A stretch of DNA of 64,000 nt from Escherichia phage AV109, in the sequence record OR352939.1. The stretch is one strand, 5' to 3'. Position numbers and translations under genes: made by a program. The notes beneath the pieces were generated by a model. It saw only the letters and a list, made by a program, of their open reading frames with translations. It did not search any database and was not told where the DNA came from. Shown here in pieces: positions 63,428 through 64,000 of this stretch (within the stretch, counting starts at the first letter, position 1; each line of letters begins with the position of its first letter).

Positions 63428-64000
63428 CCATCTTTATCAGTTGAAATAAAATCTGCTACATAAAGAGCCGTACGTAATGATACATTGCGAAGACGAGATA
63501 CGTTAGCCTTCATCCAGGACAATGCTTTGTACGTTTCTGCATCCGTCAGGCCACGTTTCTGCATCATGTCAGTAGATAATATTACATCTTCAACTCGAAC
63601 CATAATCTCTTCATTAGAGTGTACTCCAAGGTCGAGATACACTGAACGAGATACTAAAGCTTGAAGGTGTGGAGCAAGTTTCGAACCCCGTTCTAACTCT
63701 TTATCGATATCAACGTTTGTAATGAAAACGATAGTACCTTCAAACTCAAATTCTTTATCAATACCCTTATCCTCGAGATAAGATGACGCAGTGCTCCAAC
63801 AAACTTTGCGTTTATCTCCGGTATCTAATGCTGCTTTAAGAAGATTCAAGATGTCCATATCTGAGAATACGTCAACGTCGTCGATTAAGAGAACGCTGTC
63901 TGCATCACGGTTGAGCCAAAGTTGTTCGTAAAGGCCAATACCAGAGATTTTACCATTAATACTTTTGTATTTGATGAAACCATTATCATTAGCATTATTA
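63391..64000 (-). CDS. Hypothetical protein, possible P-loop NTPase (N-terminus outside window)
   Basis: Reading frame stays open upstream of the track Met to the window end; Walker-B-like LLIDDVDVF and IVFITNVD. Confidence 0.35.
   Translation of the reverse strand, partial: NNANDNGFIKYKSINGKISGIGLYEQLWLNRDADSVLLIDDVDVFSDMDILNLLKAALDTGDKRKVCWSTASSYLEDKGIDKEFEFEGTIVFITNVDIDKELERGSKLAPHLQALVSRSVYLDLGVHSNEEIMVRVEDVILSTDMMQKRGLTDAETYKALSWMKANVSRLRNVSLRTALYVADFISTDKDGWEEISEVTLLK

Noticed and set aside
1-64000. tRNA, rRNA and group I intron scan
   Set aside because: No cloverleaf-like conserved tRNA ends, rRNA-like segments or intron-interrupted genes were recognised by eye; the T4 tRNA cluster maps outside this gene block. 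A covariance-model scan would be needed to exclude them fully.

Overview
This window reads as a T4-like (T-even, Tevenvirinae) phage genome segment covering the early/middle gene block from the gene 38/holin t junction through asiA, motA, 52, ndd, denB, rIIB, rIIA, 39, dexA, dda, modA/modB, soc, 56, 61, dmd, 41, uvsX, 42, 43, regA, 62, 44, 45, 46, 47, 55, nrdH/G/D, 49 and nrdC. Almost every gene is on the minus strand; only the gp38 fragment, holin t and one small ORF (25675..25872) are on the plus strand. I found no rRNA, tRNA or CRISPR. All identifications rest on reading the supplied translations against recalled T4 proteins and motifs; nothing was searched. Regulatory signals are dense: GTTTAC-N17/18-TAtAAT early-promoter modules, two TATAAATA late promoters (soc, gene 49), one MotA-box candidate, and UUCG-tetraloop hairpins after stop codons. 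The most interesting feature is an accessory cluster between uvsX and gene 43 (33454..40002) where T4 carries beta-glucosyltransferase: a KpsF-type SIS isomerase, a HAD phosphatase, a fused nucleotidyltransferase-kinase, a U32-like Cys-cluster enzyme, a P-loop kinase and unknowns flank the dCMP hydroxymethylase. Together with a GT-B glycosyltransferase next to rIIA (11384..12484) and no recognisable agt/bgt, this suggests an NDP-pentose (probably D-arabinose) hydroxymethylcytosine hypermodification system. At least five homing endonuclease genes are inserted at non-T4 positions; gene 39 is unsplit and nrdD is intron-less.
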